Below, piece by piece: positions 36,653-46,286 of a stretch of DNA of 64,000 nt. The stretch is taken from the NCBI GenBank assembly GCA_030704665.1, contig JAUYID010000009.1, positions 256,832 to 320,831 of the forward strand, read 5' to 3'. The notes under the pieces are model-generated. The model saw nothing but the letters and a program-made list of their open reading frames with translations, did not search any database and had not been told where the DNA came from. The DNA is from a bacterium (lineage in GTDB: Bacteria > Patescibacteriota > Microgenomatia > Woykebacterales > RBG-16-39-9b). Both the position numbers and the translations under genes were made by a program. Position 1 is the first letter of the stretch. The number at the start of each line of letters is the position of its first letter.

Positions 36653-37020
36653 GATCTTCCTCCGTTGTCAATGAGCTTGCCGATTCCGTACGAGATAGCG
36701 GCGAAGAAGAGCTCTGCGCCGATGATCCAGAGCAGTTCGCTGCGGTCGATGGTTGCACTGATTGCTCTCGCCCAAGCAGTGACCGCGGTGAACAGAATCA
36801 TGAATTGTGCCGCTGCGGTCCATCCTTTGACTCCCAATCCCAGGAACTTGCCTGTTGTCGTGTCCAGAATCACCAGACTATCTTCGGGACCAAGCATGAT
36901 CGCCAGGAATTCGAAGAAGACGACCACAACAAAATGAACAGTCCCAGCCGCCAGTCCAACAATGCTAGGAAGCTGCAAATCAGTGCATTCGCCAGAGTTG
37001 CTTGGGTAAGGACTCGCCAC
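36649..37020 (-). CDS. membrane hypothetical protein (GC-rich islet); alternative start/frameshift possible at 37049
   Basis: 123 aa frame begins at GTG without an RBS. A different frame has AGGAGG-6nt-ATG at 37049 and runs 59 codons before stopping. Confidence 0.35.
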   Translation of the reverse strand: MASPYPSNSGECTDLQLPSIVGLAAGTVHFVVVVFFEFLAIMLGPEDSLVILDTTTGKFLGLGVKGWTAAAQFMILFTAVTAWARAISATIDRSELLWIIGAELFFAAISYGIGKLIDNGGRS

Positions 37021-37121
37021 CGTAGGGAAACTGTTTCCCAGTAAGTCATGATCTGCCTCCTGCTGATCTCTTTTCCAGTTGACCCAAATTATACTTAATT
37101 GTGCAAAGATAGTACAATGTC

Positions 37122-38030
37122 ATGATGGCAATTGACTTACACACCCATACAATTTACTCAGACGGTGGTTTGGAACCAGAAGAACTGGTGAGAAAAGCCA
37201 AAGAGATTGGTCTTTCGGCCCTGGCCATTGCTGATCACGATTCTGTTTCAGCACTTGAAGAAGGGTTAAAGATTGCCCAAGAAGTTGGTATTGAGCTAGT
37301 TCCAGCACTGGAAATCAGCTCTTACCCTGACGAAGAAAACGAGTTTCACATTTTAGGTTACTTTATTGATTGGCAGAACAGCGTTTTAGTTTCGACCCTG
37401 AAGCACTTTCAAGAAGTCAGAGATAAGCGGGCGCACAAAATTGCCGAGCGCTTAAACGAGCTTGGCTATCAGGTTAGCTATGAAGAGATACGCAAACAAG
37501 CCAAAGGAACTATAGTTCAACCCCATGTCGCGGCGGCCGTGATTGGAAATCCCGCCAATGAGAAAAAGTTAAAACAAGAGTTTGGAGTTTCACCCAAAAC
37601 CGGAGATTTCATCCGCGAGCATTTGATCCAGGGCAAAGACGCTTACATCACGCGAGAAGCTCTCACTCCCAAAGAGGCGCTTGATTTGATTCACAAGGCA
37701 GGTGGAATTACTTCTTTGGCCCACCCATGCTGGAACTTGGTGAAAAAAGACTCAGCAAGCGGAGAATTAGTTTTTGACGATGCGGGCTTGAAGGAACTTG
37801 TTAAAATAGGTTTAGACGGGATTGAAGTTTATGCCCATCGGGAAAACGAAGCCGATACGAGAGCGTGCGTTGACCATTACTTGAAACTTGCTACCGAGTT
37901 AAATTTGGTTGCGTCCGGAGGAAGTGATTTTCATGGTTATGGATCGGCGGGGAAGAAGCTGGGTTTTGAGGATTTTTACCTTAAGGTGCCGGATGCGGTG
38001 TTGGATGAACTTAAGAAATTCAAACGATAG
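37122..38030 (+). CDS. PHP domain phosphoesterase
   Basis: 302 aa. DLHTHTIYSDG, AIADHDS and further His/Asp motifs of the PHP family. Confidence 0.7.
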   Translation: MMAIDLHTHTIYSDGGLEPEELVRKAKEIGLSALAIADHDSVSALEEGLKIAQEVGIELVPALEISSYPDEENEFHILGYFIDWQNSVLVSTLKHFQEVRDKRAHKIAERLNELGYQVSYEEIRKQAKGTIVQPHVAAAVIGNPANEKKLKQEFGVSPKTGDFIREHLIQGKDAYITREALTPKEALDLIHKAGGITSLAHPCWNLVKKDSASGELVFDDAGLKELVKIGLDGIEVYAHRENEADTRACVDHYLKLATELNLVASGGSDFHGYGSAGKKLGFEDFYLKVPDAVLDELKKFKR

Positions 38031-38078
38031 TTGTACGATATAAGATATCCTAAATCTTTTATCTTTAATCTTAGATCT

Positions 38079-38390
38079 ATGGAAGAGTGTTTGTTTTGCC
38101 AAATAATTAGAAAAGAAATACCCGCCAAAATTGTCTATGAAGATGAAAATATTATCGTTTTTCCGGATATTAATCCCAAGGCGAGAGTACACTTGCTTAT
38201 TGTACCTCGCGAGCACATAAACAGTGTTTTGGATTTGACGGACAAACAAAATATGACATTGACAAAAATGTTAAAAGTGGTACAAGAGTTAATAAGGGGT
38301 CAGAAAATCGAGGGTGGTTACCAACTTCTTTTCAACGGCGGTAAACACCAACACGTACCTCACCTCCACTGGCATTTGCTGGGAGACTAG
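38079..38390 (+). CDS. HIT family protein
   Basis: Histidine triad HVPHLHWHLLG. Internal Met of ORF 38031-38390. Confidence 0.75.
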   Translation: MEECLFCQIIRKEIPAKIVYEDENIIVFPDINPKARVHLLIVPREHINSVLDLTDKQNMTLTKMLKVVQELIRGQKIEGGYQLLFNGGKHQHVPHLHWHLLGD

Positions 38391-38564
38391 TTTGTTAAGT
38401 ACTAAGTTGTAAGTTTTAAGTTAACTGCTTAAAACTTGCCACATAAGACTTAAAACTCAAAGGGAGGTGTGTTAAGTTTAACGATTTTTATATTGAGCTA
38501 TTAGGTTGTTTCTGAGAAACCAAAAATCTATATGCGCTCAATATAATTTTCGCAAGCTCAAACT

Positions 38565-38747
38565 ATGACTATTGTTAAGGCTCAAGAGGGCGAGTCAGTT
38601 GACGTCTTGATACGGAAATTTAATAAAAAAGTTCAGGCCGATGGTATTCTCACCGAGCTAAAAAAGCGGGAGTTTTACGAAAAACCCTCAGTTGTTCGTA
38701 AACGTGAGAAACAAATGCGCGGGCGCAAGCGCCGTGTTGAATATTAA
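38565..38747 (+). CDS. rpsU: 30S ribosomal protein S21
   Basis: 60 aa. Basic C-terminus KREKQMRGRKRR. Preceded by a palindromic leader. Confidence 0.8.
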   Translation: MTIVKAQEGESVDVLIRKFNKKVQADGILTELKKREFYEKPSVVRKREKQMRGRKRRVEY

Positions 38748-38851
38748 AACCAGATAGCAATTTCTCCCTGTTCATATCTTTTGTTCAGACAAAAATACAG
38801 TCTTGAAAAGCAAGTATACTTTTCCTCACTTCTAGTGCATAATAGCCACAA

Positions 38852-39328
38852 ATGCACAAGATTGATGTCTACATAGAACCACACTATCCACTGCGCAAAA
38901 AACAGCTCTCGGCTCCAGCATTGGCTACTTTGGAGGAAGCAGGGGTCAAGGGAGACAGTTTGGTCTCGGTTTCAATCGTGGGAGACCGCAAGATGCGAGC
39001 CTTGAACAAAGACTATCGTGGTCTTGATCAGACGACCGATGTGCTCGCCTTTCCCTACACTTTTTCATCTGGAAAAGAGAAGTTTGTCGAAGCTGAAAAT
39101 TCTGAGTATTTAAATTTGGGCGATATCATCATTTCATACCCCCAGCTCCTTGAAAGGGCGGCGAAAGAGGATATGCTAGTTGAGGAGATGGCCGCTTTTC
39201 TCGTCATCCATGGAACACTACACTTGCTTGGTTATGATCACGAGCGGGATGAAGAGGCAGCCAAGATGGAACCACTGGAAGACGCGATCCTTTCCAAACT
39301 CTTTCCTGCAATACAAGTAGTCCATTAA
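38852..39328 (+). CDS. ybeY: rRNA maturation RNase YbeY
   Basis: 158 aa. HGTLHLLGYDHE zinc motif. Confidence 0.8.
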   Translation: MHKIDVYIEPHYPLRKKQLSAPALATLEEAGVKGDSLVSVSIVGDRKMRALNKDYRGLDQTTDVLAFPYTFSSGKEKFVEAENSEYLNLGDIIISYPQLLERAAKEDMLVEEMAAFLVIHGTLHLLGYDHERDEEAAKMEPLEDAILSKLFPAIQVVH

Positions 39329-39395
39329 TTGACTTTCAGAAGTATAATTTCAATAACTCCAAATTCGAGAGACAAAGGGAAAGGAGGTTTGCTAA

Positions 39396-39758
39396 GTGGA
39401 AGACAAGTCTGAATTCAGTGGCTGGGTTTACACCTTTCGCTTCACTATACCCATCCAAGCGGGTAAAGGGTTTCGAGAAGCGAACAAACTGGTGGCTGAA
39501 TGGGTGTGGGACGCCGAAGTGGTCCGTTTCGTTCATGATCACGCCAACCACGTCATGGTCATCACCGATCAGTTCGACCAGAAGTTTTGCGACCAACTAG
39601 TTTCTCGGTTGGAAGGTGGCGAGTCAGTAAAACTTCCGGACCAGGTGGTTCAGGACAAAGTCAGAACTTTTGCTCGTGACAAAGCTGTCACGCCACACAT
39701 AAGGAGGAGGACGAGGTCTCTGCAGAACTGCGCCGGCTTTTCTTTCAGCCGCAACTAA
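39396..39758 (+). CDS. hypothetical protein (GC-rich islet), GTG start
   Basis: AAGGAGG 8 nt upstream of GTG at 39396. 120 aa. Confidence 0.4.
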   Translation: MEDKSEFSGWVYTFRFTIPIQAGKGFREANKLVAEWVWDAEVVRFVHDHANHVMVITDQFDQKFCDQLVSRLEGGESVKLPDQVVQDKVRTFARDKAVTPHIRRRTRSLQNCAGFSFSRN

Positions 39759-39938
39759 AGTGGGACACGATACAGGACCCGCGTCCCACTTTCACCCCAA
39801 CTTGCATTTAATTATTTCTAGCTGGTAAGCTCAAGAGGTGAAGATTGTAGTCGGTCTCGGTCCCACCTACCTTGCTTTTCGCCTTTTCAGTACTATTCGT
39901 ACACGGCTCAAAGGGCGGTTTGGAGGGACCAAGCAAAT

Positions 39939-40463
39939 ATGAAATTAATAGTGGGGCTTGGAAATCCAGGTGAAAAGTATGCCAGAAACCGACACAATCT
40001 CGGCTTTATGGTCGTGGACGAAATGGTCAAAGGCCAAATTGTTTCTCCCACAGTGGACAAAAAATCCGAATCCAACGTTTACAAAGTGGGTGAGACTATC
40101 CTGCAAAAACCGATGACTTTTATGAACCTTTCCGGTAGGGCAGTCAAAGTCATGGCTGACTTCTACAAAATTCCAGCAGAAAATATTTTGGTGATCCATG
40201 ACGAAGTTGATCTGGAATTTGGCGATATCAAACACCAGTTTGATCGAGGTGCTGCTGGTCACAATGGGGTAGACTCAGTGATTCAGTCTCTTGGTACACA
40301 AGAGTTCCACCGTTTGCGGGTCGGGGTTGGCCGAGGGGAAAATCCTAATATTGAAACCGCTGATTGGGTCTTGCAGGATTTTGCCGAAAGCAAAGAAGAA
40401 GTGGAAAAACTCATTACTCGCGCTGCCGAAGTAGCGGAAAACTGGATCGGTAAACCGCGTTAA
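39939..40463 (+). CDS. pth: peptidyl-tRNA hydrolase
   Basis: 174 aa. MKLIVGLGNPG...RHN motif. Confidence 0.85.
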   Translation: MKLIVGLGNPGEKYARNRHNLGFMVVDEMVKGQIVSPTVDKKSESNVYKVGETILQKPMTFMNLSGRAVKVMADFYKIPAENILVIHDEVDLEFGDIKHQFDRGAAGHNGVDSVIQSLGTQEFHRLRVGVGRGENPNIETADWVLQDFAESKEEVEKLITRAAEVAENWIGKPR

Positions 40464-40472
40464 GATCTCTTG

Positions 40473-43154
40473 CTAAGGAATAAACTTCCCTCGTAGCCAG
40501 TTCAAAGTCTTTTCTTTGACAAGATCAGTGTCGGTGTAGTCAGTAGTTGTGGAAACACCCAAGACAGAATTGTAATTGTTGATCTCATCCTTATCAAGTA
40601 ATTTGTCGATTGCTTCTTCAGCTTCTTTCTTTTCGGGGCCTGGGAGCTCAACAATTTTTGCAAAAGTCGAAATTGAGTAGACGGAGTCTTGCTTTGTGAC
40701 CAAAGTTCTGATGCTTTTTAGAGTCTTTAGGTAGCCTTTGTAGGCAGTTTCAGTGCTGCTGTTTAAATAAGAAGTGTAGCTAGAATCAAAAGATTTGATG
40801 TAATCAACTAAACCCCAAAACTGTATTGGCTCGATAAAAGCAAAACCGCCAATTTTTTCTTTGACTTGAGAGAACTGATCCTTCCAGGAGTCTGACTCCA
40901 GAAGAGTTTTGCCACCCTTAGTCTCAAAGTCAATCAATTCCTTGATAGATTTGTCCGTGACTGAAAAATCAAGAATTACTTTCTTTTTTGTGACCGCAAA
41001 GTAAAGGTTCAGTTTAAGCTCACCGTAAAAATAAAGTTGAAGGGTGTAAATTTTGACTCCGGAGTAGTCAGAAACTTTTGGAGTGATCCTTCCCGCGGAT
41101 TTACTAATTTCTCCCGAAAAACTGGAAGCTCCATTCAGGATTGAATAGATCCGACCGTCTTCTAGATTTGCCTTGAGGGTGTAGGTAGAACCGGTAGTAG
41201 TATAGGAGTAGTTTGCCTTGGTGGAAGGGTCTTTGGGGATGGTGCGCAGATAGGTGGTAGTTTCAGAAGTCAGAGCTGAAAGAGAGCTGGGGTATTTCGA
41301 ATGCTTGATAAAATAAACCCCCAAGGCGCTGGCAAGACTGCGCAAATCTGATTGACGAGCATAATCTCGGGATTGGGCTGCATAATCTCGAATAGCCAAT
41401 TTCGATAGTGAGTTTTCTGCCTTGCTTTGATCTTTGGTGGTTGCCAAGATGATAAACTCTGGGGCAGTCTTGGCACTTCCGGCATTGAAAAGCATTGCGT
41501 TTTGACCTTCGAGCCAACTTAAAATATCATCGTCGAAATCCAAGTTAGTAGAGTCTTTGATAGTTTTTTTGTACTCTTCCCAATCTTTGAGAGCTTGCTC
41601 AAAAGCTTTGCGTTGGTTGCGGGATTCCGAGTTTTCTGCCAGATCTTTGATTTTATCAATCTGGTCGTTGACGATCTGCTTCAGGTTGCGGGTTTCAGCA
41701 TAAAAAGCGGGACTGATTCCGTTCAAGGTAGCGGGTATTTGGTTGGCGAGAGACTCAGAAATAAGGAAAGGATCTTTCAAGTTTTCATTCTTAGTTTTAG
41801 TCGTATCGAGTTGGAGGGAATCTATCTTAAAGCCATCTTTTTCGGCGACGACAGATATTCCACTGACTACGTGGTCGGCTGTTTTTGAGTTTTCATCAGT
41901 TGTGATAGTTAAATCTGTAGCCCCAATACCGAGGTAGGATTGGCTCAGGCCCTCAGCCGGCAAAAAGCTATTGTAAGGTGTAGTCGGTGTGTTTGAATAG
42001 TATTTGAGGAAGCTTTGCGAAGGGAAAAACTTAGCGACAGCCTGGTGATCAGGATCATCTTTGATGCTTTTGAGTTTGTTTTTGTTGGAAAGGCCGAAGC
42101 TAGCCTTGAGTTTGGCAAGGTCAGAAATCTTTTTGATGTCATCTTCCTTGGGACCGGCGATGATAAATTTGTTGATAGCTTGAGCAAAAATCGTGGGTGG
42201 TTTCGCCTTTTCTGGACAAGGAGTCCTTGAGGGGCTATAGATTCCACAGTTAAAATTAGTACTGGGCTGGGCAGAGGTTTCCGCCTCTTTCAAATGCAGA
42301 TCTAAATAGTTCTGATCCCCATATTTCTTTTTTGAAACAGCGTAGGCATCGTCTTGAGTGAATTTATCAAGTCTTTCTTGCGCTTTTGCCCCGGTCAGTA
42401 AGTCAGTGAAGCTGACGATATTCTGCATAGCAGGGTAGGAGGTAGCACCCTTTTCTTGCTTGGAAATTTGGGTGAGAAAAAGCTCGTTTTTTGAGAGGCG
42501 GAGAAAATCATCAAAGGGGTTATTCGAGTTACTTAGAGATTGGGTGATTGATTTATCAAGGCTAGTAATGACTTTTTCGCCATTGGGGAATTTCTTGATT
42601 AAATCTTTGGCCGCTAGAGCTTGGGGATTGTTTTTAACCGAAAGAGAAAGATAAAACAAAGCGTCATCAGGAATAAGATCAAGCGTGGTGACTTTATCAA
42701 GAACAAAGGTTTTTACTCCGAGAAAACCCGCTCCTCCGATTAAGACCAACCCCAAAGCAGCGACTATAAGAAAAAGAGGACCTTTTCCGAACAAACCCTT
42801 ACTAATTGTGGAGGAGGGAGGGGGTGGCTCTGGTGTATTACTTGAACTAGTTGGGCTCGGTATTGGGGAGGGGGTTACAGTTTCAGGTTCCGTCGTCGAG
42901 GTGGTTGCCGCGTTTTCCCAAGGTGTAGAGTAAGCGCTTGGGTCTGTGCTTCTGGTGAGCTGATTAGCTGTTCCAACTGCTGTTTGAGAAGTTTTTTCTG
43001 GTGCGAGTGTAGGTGGGTTGTTGACTGATTGGGTGGGAGCTAAGTCTGGGACGGGTTTGGAATTAGTTCCTTGATTTGGGTCGGTGACTTGGTTTAAGTT
43101 TTCCATTAAGGCAGAAGTAATTAAATTATTGCACGCTGACTTGAGCAAAAGCAA
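40473..43154 (-). CDS. large extracellular/surface hypothetical protein with N-terminal Pro/Thr-rich region and single TM
   Basis: 893 aa. PT-rich low-complexity N-terminus, TM (LFLIVAALGLVLIGGAGFL), long extracellular region. Pilin-like Y-rich motif near the C-terminal third. Confidence 0.5.
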   Translation of the reverse strand: MLLLKSACNNLITSALMENLNQVTDPNQGTNSKPVPDLAPTQSVNNPPTLAPEKTSQTAVGTANQLTRSTDPSAYSTPWENAATTSTTEPETVTPSPIPSPTSSSNTPEPPPPSSTISKGLFGKGPLFLIVAALGLVLIGGAGFLGVKTFVLDKVTTLDLIPDDALFYLSLSVKNNPQALAAKDLIKKFPNGEKVITSLDKSITQSLSNSNNPFDDFLRLSKNELFLTQISKQEKGATSYPAMQNIVSFTDLLTGAKAQERLDKFTQDDAYAVSKKKYGDQNYLDLHLKEAETSAQPSTNFNCGIYSPSRTPCPEKAKPPTIFAQAINKFIIAGPKEDDIKKISDLAKLKASFGLSNKNKLKSIKDDPDHQAVAKFFPSQSFLKYYSNTPTTPYNSFLPAEGLSQSYLGIGATDLTITTDENSKTADHVVSGISVVAEKDGFKIDSLQLDTTKTKNENLKDPFLISESLANQIPATLNGISPAFYAETRNLKQIVNDQIDKIKDLAENSESRNQRKAFEQALKDWEEYKKTIKDSTNLDFDDDILSWLEGQNAMLFNAGSAKTAPEFIILATTKDQSKAENSLSKLAIRDYAAQSRDYARQSDLRSLASALGVYFIKHSKYPSSLSALTSETTTYLRTIPKDPSTKANYSYTTTGSTYTLKANLEDGRIYSILNGASSFSGEISKSAGRITPKVSDYSGVKIYTLQLYFYGELKLNLYFAVTKKKVILDFSVTDKSIKELIDFETKGGKTLLESDSWKDQFSQVKEKIGGFAFIEPIQFWGLVDYIKSFDSSYTSYLNSSTETAYKGYLKTLKSIRTLVTKQDSVYSISTFAKIVELPGPEKKEAEEAIDKLLDKDEINNYNSVLGVSTTTDYTDTDLVKEKTLNWLRGKFIP

Positions 43155-43208
43155 GCTTTGGCAACTGATATATAATGAGGGTTTGAAAGGAGGCTTATTA
43201 CACAGCTA

Positions 43209-45140
43209 GTGAGGAAAAACCAAAAAGATTCACCCACCCCCAAAAGTGCTTTGGGGTCTTTTGTCGTGGAAAAGAATCAAAAACTCTCTTCACAGGACTT
43301 TACTAGAAAATTAACTGAACTCGATTATGAGTTTCAGGGGATCAGTCAAGTTTCCAAGACCGGGCAGTTTTCAGTGCGGGGGAGTTTGATTGACCTTTGG
43401 CTGGAAAGATACAAAATTCCGGTCCGCTTTGATTTGATTGGAGAAAAAATTGAGGGGATTTACTTGTTCAATCCAATTACTCAAGAAAAGGTAAAAAGTT
43501 TGAACAAAGTGTATATCTTTCCTTATAGTTCTTTGCCGGTTTTTGCGCCGAAATGGGCAAAGAAACAAATCGGGAATAGTGAAAAACTTTTTCTTTCCGA
43601 GGTAGAAATCGGAGATTTAGTAGTCCATATTGAGCACGGAATCGCCCGTTTTTCCGGGATTGAGTTTCGAGAGCTGCAGCCAAAGGAGGGGAAGACCTAC
43701 TTAATTTTGGAATATGCTAAGGGTGATAAACTTTTTGTGCCGATTGAGCAGATCGAGCGCGTCACTAAATACCTTGGAGTGGCAGGTAGAAAACCAGCCC
43801 TGAATTATTTAGGGACAGGAGCTTGGGAACTGACCAAACAGCGGGTCAAAGAGCAGGTCGTTAGCTTTGCTGTGGATCTGCTTAAAGTTTATGCCAAAAG
43901 GGAAGTTTCGGCTCGTAAAGCATACGAAACTGACAACCCTTGGCTCAAAGAACTGGAAAGCAGTTTTGAATTCGAAGAAACTCCCGATCAGCTTCAAACT
44001 ATTGAGGCAATCAACAAAGACCTGTCTTCAACCAAACCGATGGACCGTCTGCTGGTTGGTGATGTCGGTTTCGGGAAAACCGAAGTGGCGCTTCGTACTG
44101 CCTTTAAGGCTGCCGTCGAGGCTCGTCAAGTCGCTTTGCTCGTCCCAACGACTATTTTGGCTGAGCAACATTTTCATTTCTTTCGCGATCGGCTCGCGTC
44201 CTTCCCAGTCAAAGTAGCCCTTCTTTCACGCTTTCAGGAAAAAGAAAAGCAAAAGGAAGTTTTGGAAGGGCTAAAAGGCGGTTCAGTTGATATTGTCATT
44301 GGGACGCACCGCTTGCTTTCCAAAGACGTGGAGTTTAAAAACCTAGGACTAGCTATCATTGATGAAGAGCACCGCTTCGGGGTCGATGCCAAGGAGCACT
44401 TCAAAAAGTTAAGGCCCGAAGTTGACATCTTGTCTCTGTCTGCCACCCCGATACCTAGAACTTTGCAGATGGCGATGGCCAAAATTAGAAAAGTTTCGAG
44501 TCTTTCGACTCCACCCTCGGGTCGTCAACCGATCAAAACTTTGGTTGGGTCTTTTGATCAGGACAGAGTCATACAAGCTGTAAAAGCAGAACTGGATAGA
44601 AAAGGGCAAGTCTATTACGTTTACAACCACATTCCTCTGCTCGGCCAAAAATCTGCTCAGTTGCAAAGATTATTTCCAGAAGCACGGATCGTCTATGCGC
44701 ACGGGCAGATGGGAGATCGGCAGTTGGAAGAGGTGATGGATCAGTTCTACTCTCGTGAGGTTGATGTTTTGGTTTGTACCACGATCATTGGCTCGGGACT
44801 CGACATGCCCAACGTTAATTCAATAATAATTGAAGATGCACAGAACTTTGGTCTGGCCGATCTTTACCAACTGCGTGGTCGGGTCGGTCGGGCCGAGAGG
44901 CAGGCCTTTGCCTTTCTTTTTTACCCGGGGAAGTTTACTCCGAAGGGCTCAGCTTTCGAAAGGTTGCTCGCCATGGCCGAAGCAACTGACCTTGGGGCCG
45001 GGTTTAAAATTGCCAAAAAAGATCTAGAGATTCGTGGGGCAGGCAATTTACTGGGCAAAGCTCAGCACGGCAGTATTGCTCTGGTTGGATTTGAGCTCTA
45101 CATCCAACTACTTGCCCAGGCAGTTGAGCAGCTCATATAA
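43209..45140 (+). CDS. mfd: transcription-repair coupling factor Mfd, N-terminally short form
   Basis: 643 aa. RNAP-interacting region, then SF2 helicase motifs (GDVGFGKTEVALR, DEEH) and C-terminal TRCF domain. Lacks the UvrB-homology N-terminal modules. Confidence 0.7.
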   Translation: MRKNQKDSPTPKSALGSFVVEKNQKLSSQDFTRKLTELDYEFQGISQVSKTGQFSVRGSLIDLWLERYKIPVRFDLIGEKIEGIYLFNPITQEKVKSLNKVYIFPYSSLPVFAPKWAKKQIGNSEKLFLSEVEIGDLVVHIEHGIARFSGIEFRELQPKEGKTYLILEYAKGDKLFVPIEQIERVTKYLGVAGRKPALNYLGTGAWELTKQRVKEQVVSFAVDLLKVYAKREVSARKAYETDNPWLKELESSFEFEETPDQLQTIEAINKDLSSTKPMDRLLVGDVGFGKTEVALRTAFKAAVEARQVALLVPTTILAEQHFHFFRDRLASFPVKVALLSRFQEKEKQKEVLEGLKGGSVDIVIGTHRLLSKDVEFKNLGLAIIDEEHRFGVDAKEHFKKLRPEVDILSLSATPIPRTLQMAMAKIRKVSSLSTPPSGRQPIKTLVGSFDQDRVIQAVKAELDRKGQVYYVYNHIPLLGQKSAQLQRLFPEARIVYAHGQMGDRQLEEVMDQFYSREVDVLVCTTIIGSGLDMPNVNSIIIEDAQNFGLADLYQLRGRVGRAERQAFAFLFYPGKFTPKGSAFERLLAMAEATDLGAGFKIAKKDLEIRGAGNLLGKAQHGSIALVGFELYIQLLAQAVEQLI

Positions 45141-45224
45141 GACTTTACTTTTCTTGATCCAAGATTTATATACAAGTTACCACAAGGCTAATTGTTGGCT
45201 AGGAAGCCATTTCAGGAGGGCAAG

Positions 45225-45674
45225 ATGAAGAACAGGGAGCTAATAGTAGAGATTGCCAATGATGAAGGCAAGATGGCTGATGCACTAGCGGTGCGGCACA
45301 CTGTCTTTGTTGTTGAGCAGATGATTGATGAGGTTCTCGAAAGAGATGAGCTTGACGCGGAAGCGATTCATGTTGTTGGCTACCTTGAGGCTGAGCCCGT
45401 CGCCGCCGGTCGTGCAGTCATCGAAGGTGGATCGGCCAAGATCGGTCGGATGGCGGTGCTAAAGGCCCAGCGGGGCAAGGGTTTTGGAGTTGATATTCTT
45501 CAGGCCCTGGAGGAGGCCTGCAAGGATCAAGGAATCTGGGTCGCGCGCCTCAACGCTCAGGAACACGCCGCCGGATTTTACTCTCAGGCTGGCTACCATC
45601 GAGTTGAAGGAACGCAGCCTTTTCTTGAAGCTGGCATCAGACACATAATGATGAAAAAGGACCTCTCGCGGTAA
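45225..45674 (+). CDS. GNAT family N-acetyltransferase (GC-rich islet)
   Basis: RMAVLKAQRGKGFGVDIL acetyl-CoA motif. AGGAGGG RBS before MKNREL. Confidence 0.55.
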   Translation: MKNRELIVEIANDEGKMADALAVRHTVFVVEQMIDEVLERDELDAEAIHVVGYLEAEPVAAGRAVIEGGSAKIGRMAVLKAQRGKGFGVDILQALEEACKDQGIWVARLNAQEHAAGFYSQAGYHRVEGTQPFLEAGIRHIMMKKDLSR

Positions 45675-45707
45675 ACATCGGAGTAGAGATCGATCTGAGC
45701 CCCCAGT

Positions 45708-46100
45708 TTAGTTTTGACTGTGGGGCTCTTCGCGTTTTGTTGGTGCATTGACCAGATTGGGATTGTTTTCTCCCATGAAATTGATATAGCCGTCTTCGTG
45801 AGGCTCACACTTGCCGTTTTGGCATTCCCCACCATAGTGATGAGTGTTGTGGATCAAACCGCCGTATTTGTTCCAAACATAGCTGCCGTGAACTTCAACT
45901 TCTTCTTCAACTTTGACTGGAACCCGATAGGCCCGCTTCAGGTTGTGGGCGACCAAAACCGTGTGCCCACCTTCAGGCTCAATAATGAAACGTTGGTGAG
46001 GTGTATCATCAGTATCGTCAGTCAAGATACGAGTGACTTTACCGGAAACGGTGAGTGGGACTCCATGAAGGCGGCGAGCGAAGGCTTCTTCAACTGTCAT
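45708..46100 (-). CDS. hypothetical protein
   Basis: 130 aa. His-rich C-terminal part. No family assigned. Confidence 0.4.
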   Translation of the reverse strand: MTVEEAFARRLHGVPLTVSGKVTRILTDDTDDTPHQRFIIEPEGGHTVLVAHNLKRAYRVPVKVEEEVEVHGSYVWNKYGGLIHNTHHYGGECQNGKCEPHEDGYINFMGENNPNLVNAPTKREEPHSQN

Positions 46101-46286
46101 TACCTTAATTATAGTATTTTTTAGAGAGCTAAGTCGAAACGACGCAAAGATCGAAGAAATTTATATCAAAAAAATCCTGCGACCACTTCGTGGGCTTTGT
46201 ACCTAAGGGGGAGGTGTCGGGTACCAAGTTTGAAGGGTATTGGCCGGTTGTCTTTAGGGTAAGTTACATTTAGAATAGTTAGCGCA

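Noticed and set aside
38020-38050. Possible seventh copy of the ACGATCGTG motif (TAGTTGTACGATATAAG)
   Set aside because: It shares only TTGTACGAT and lacks the CGATCGTG core and the TTTTGTTGG tail. It is likely a chance match.
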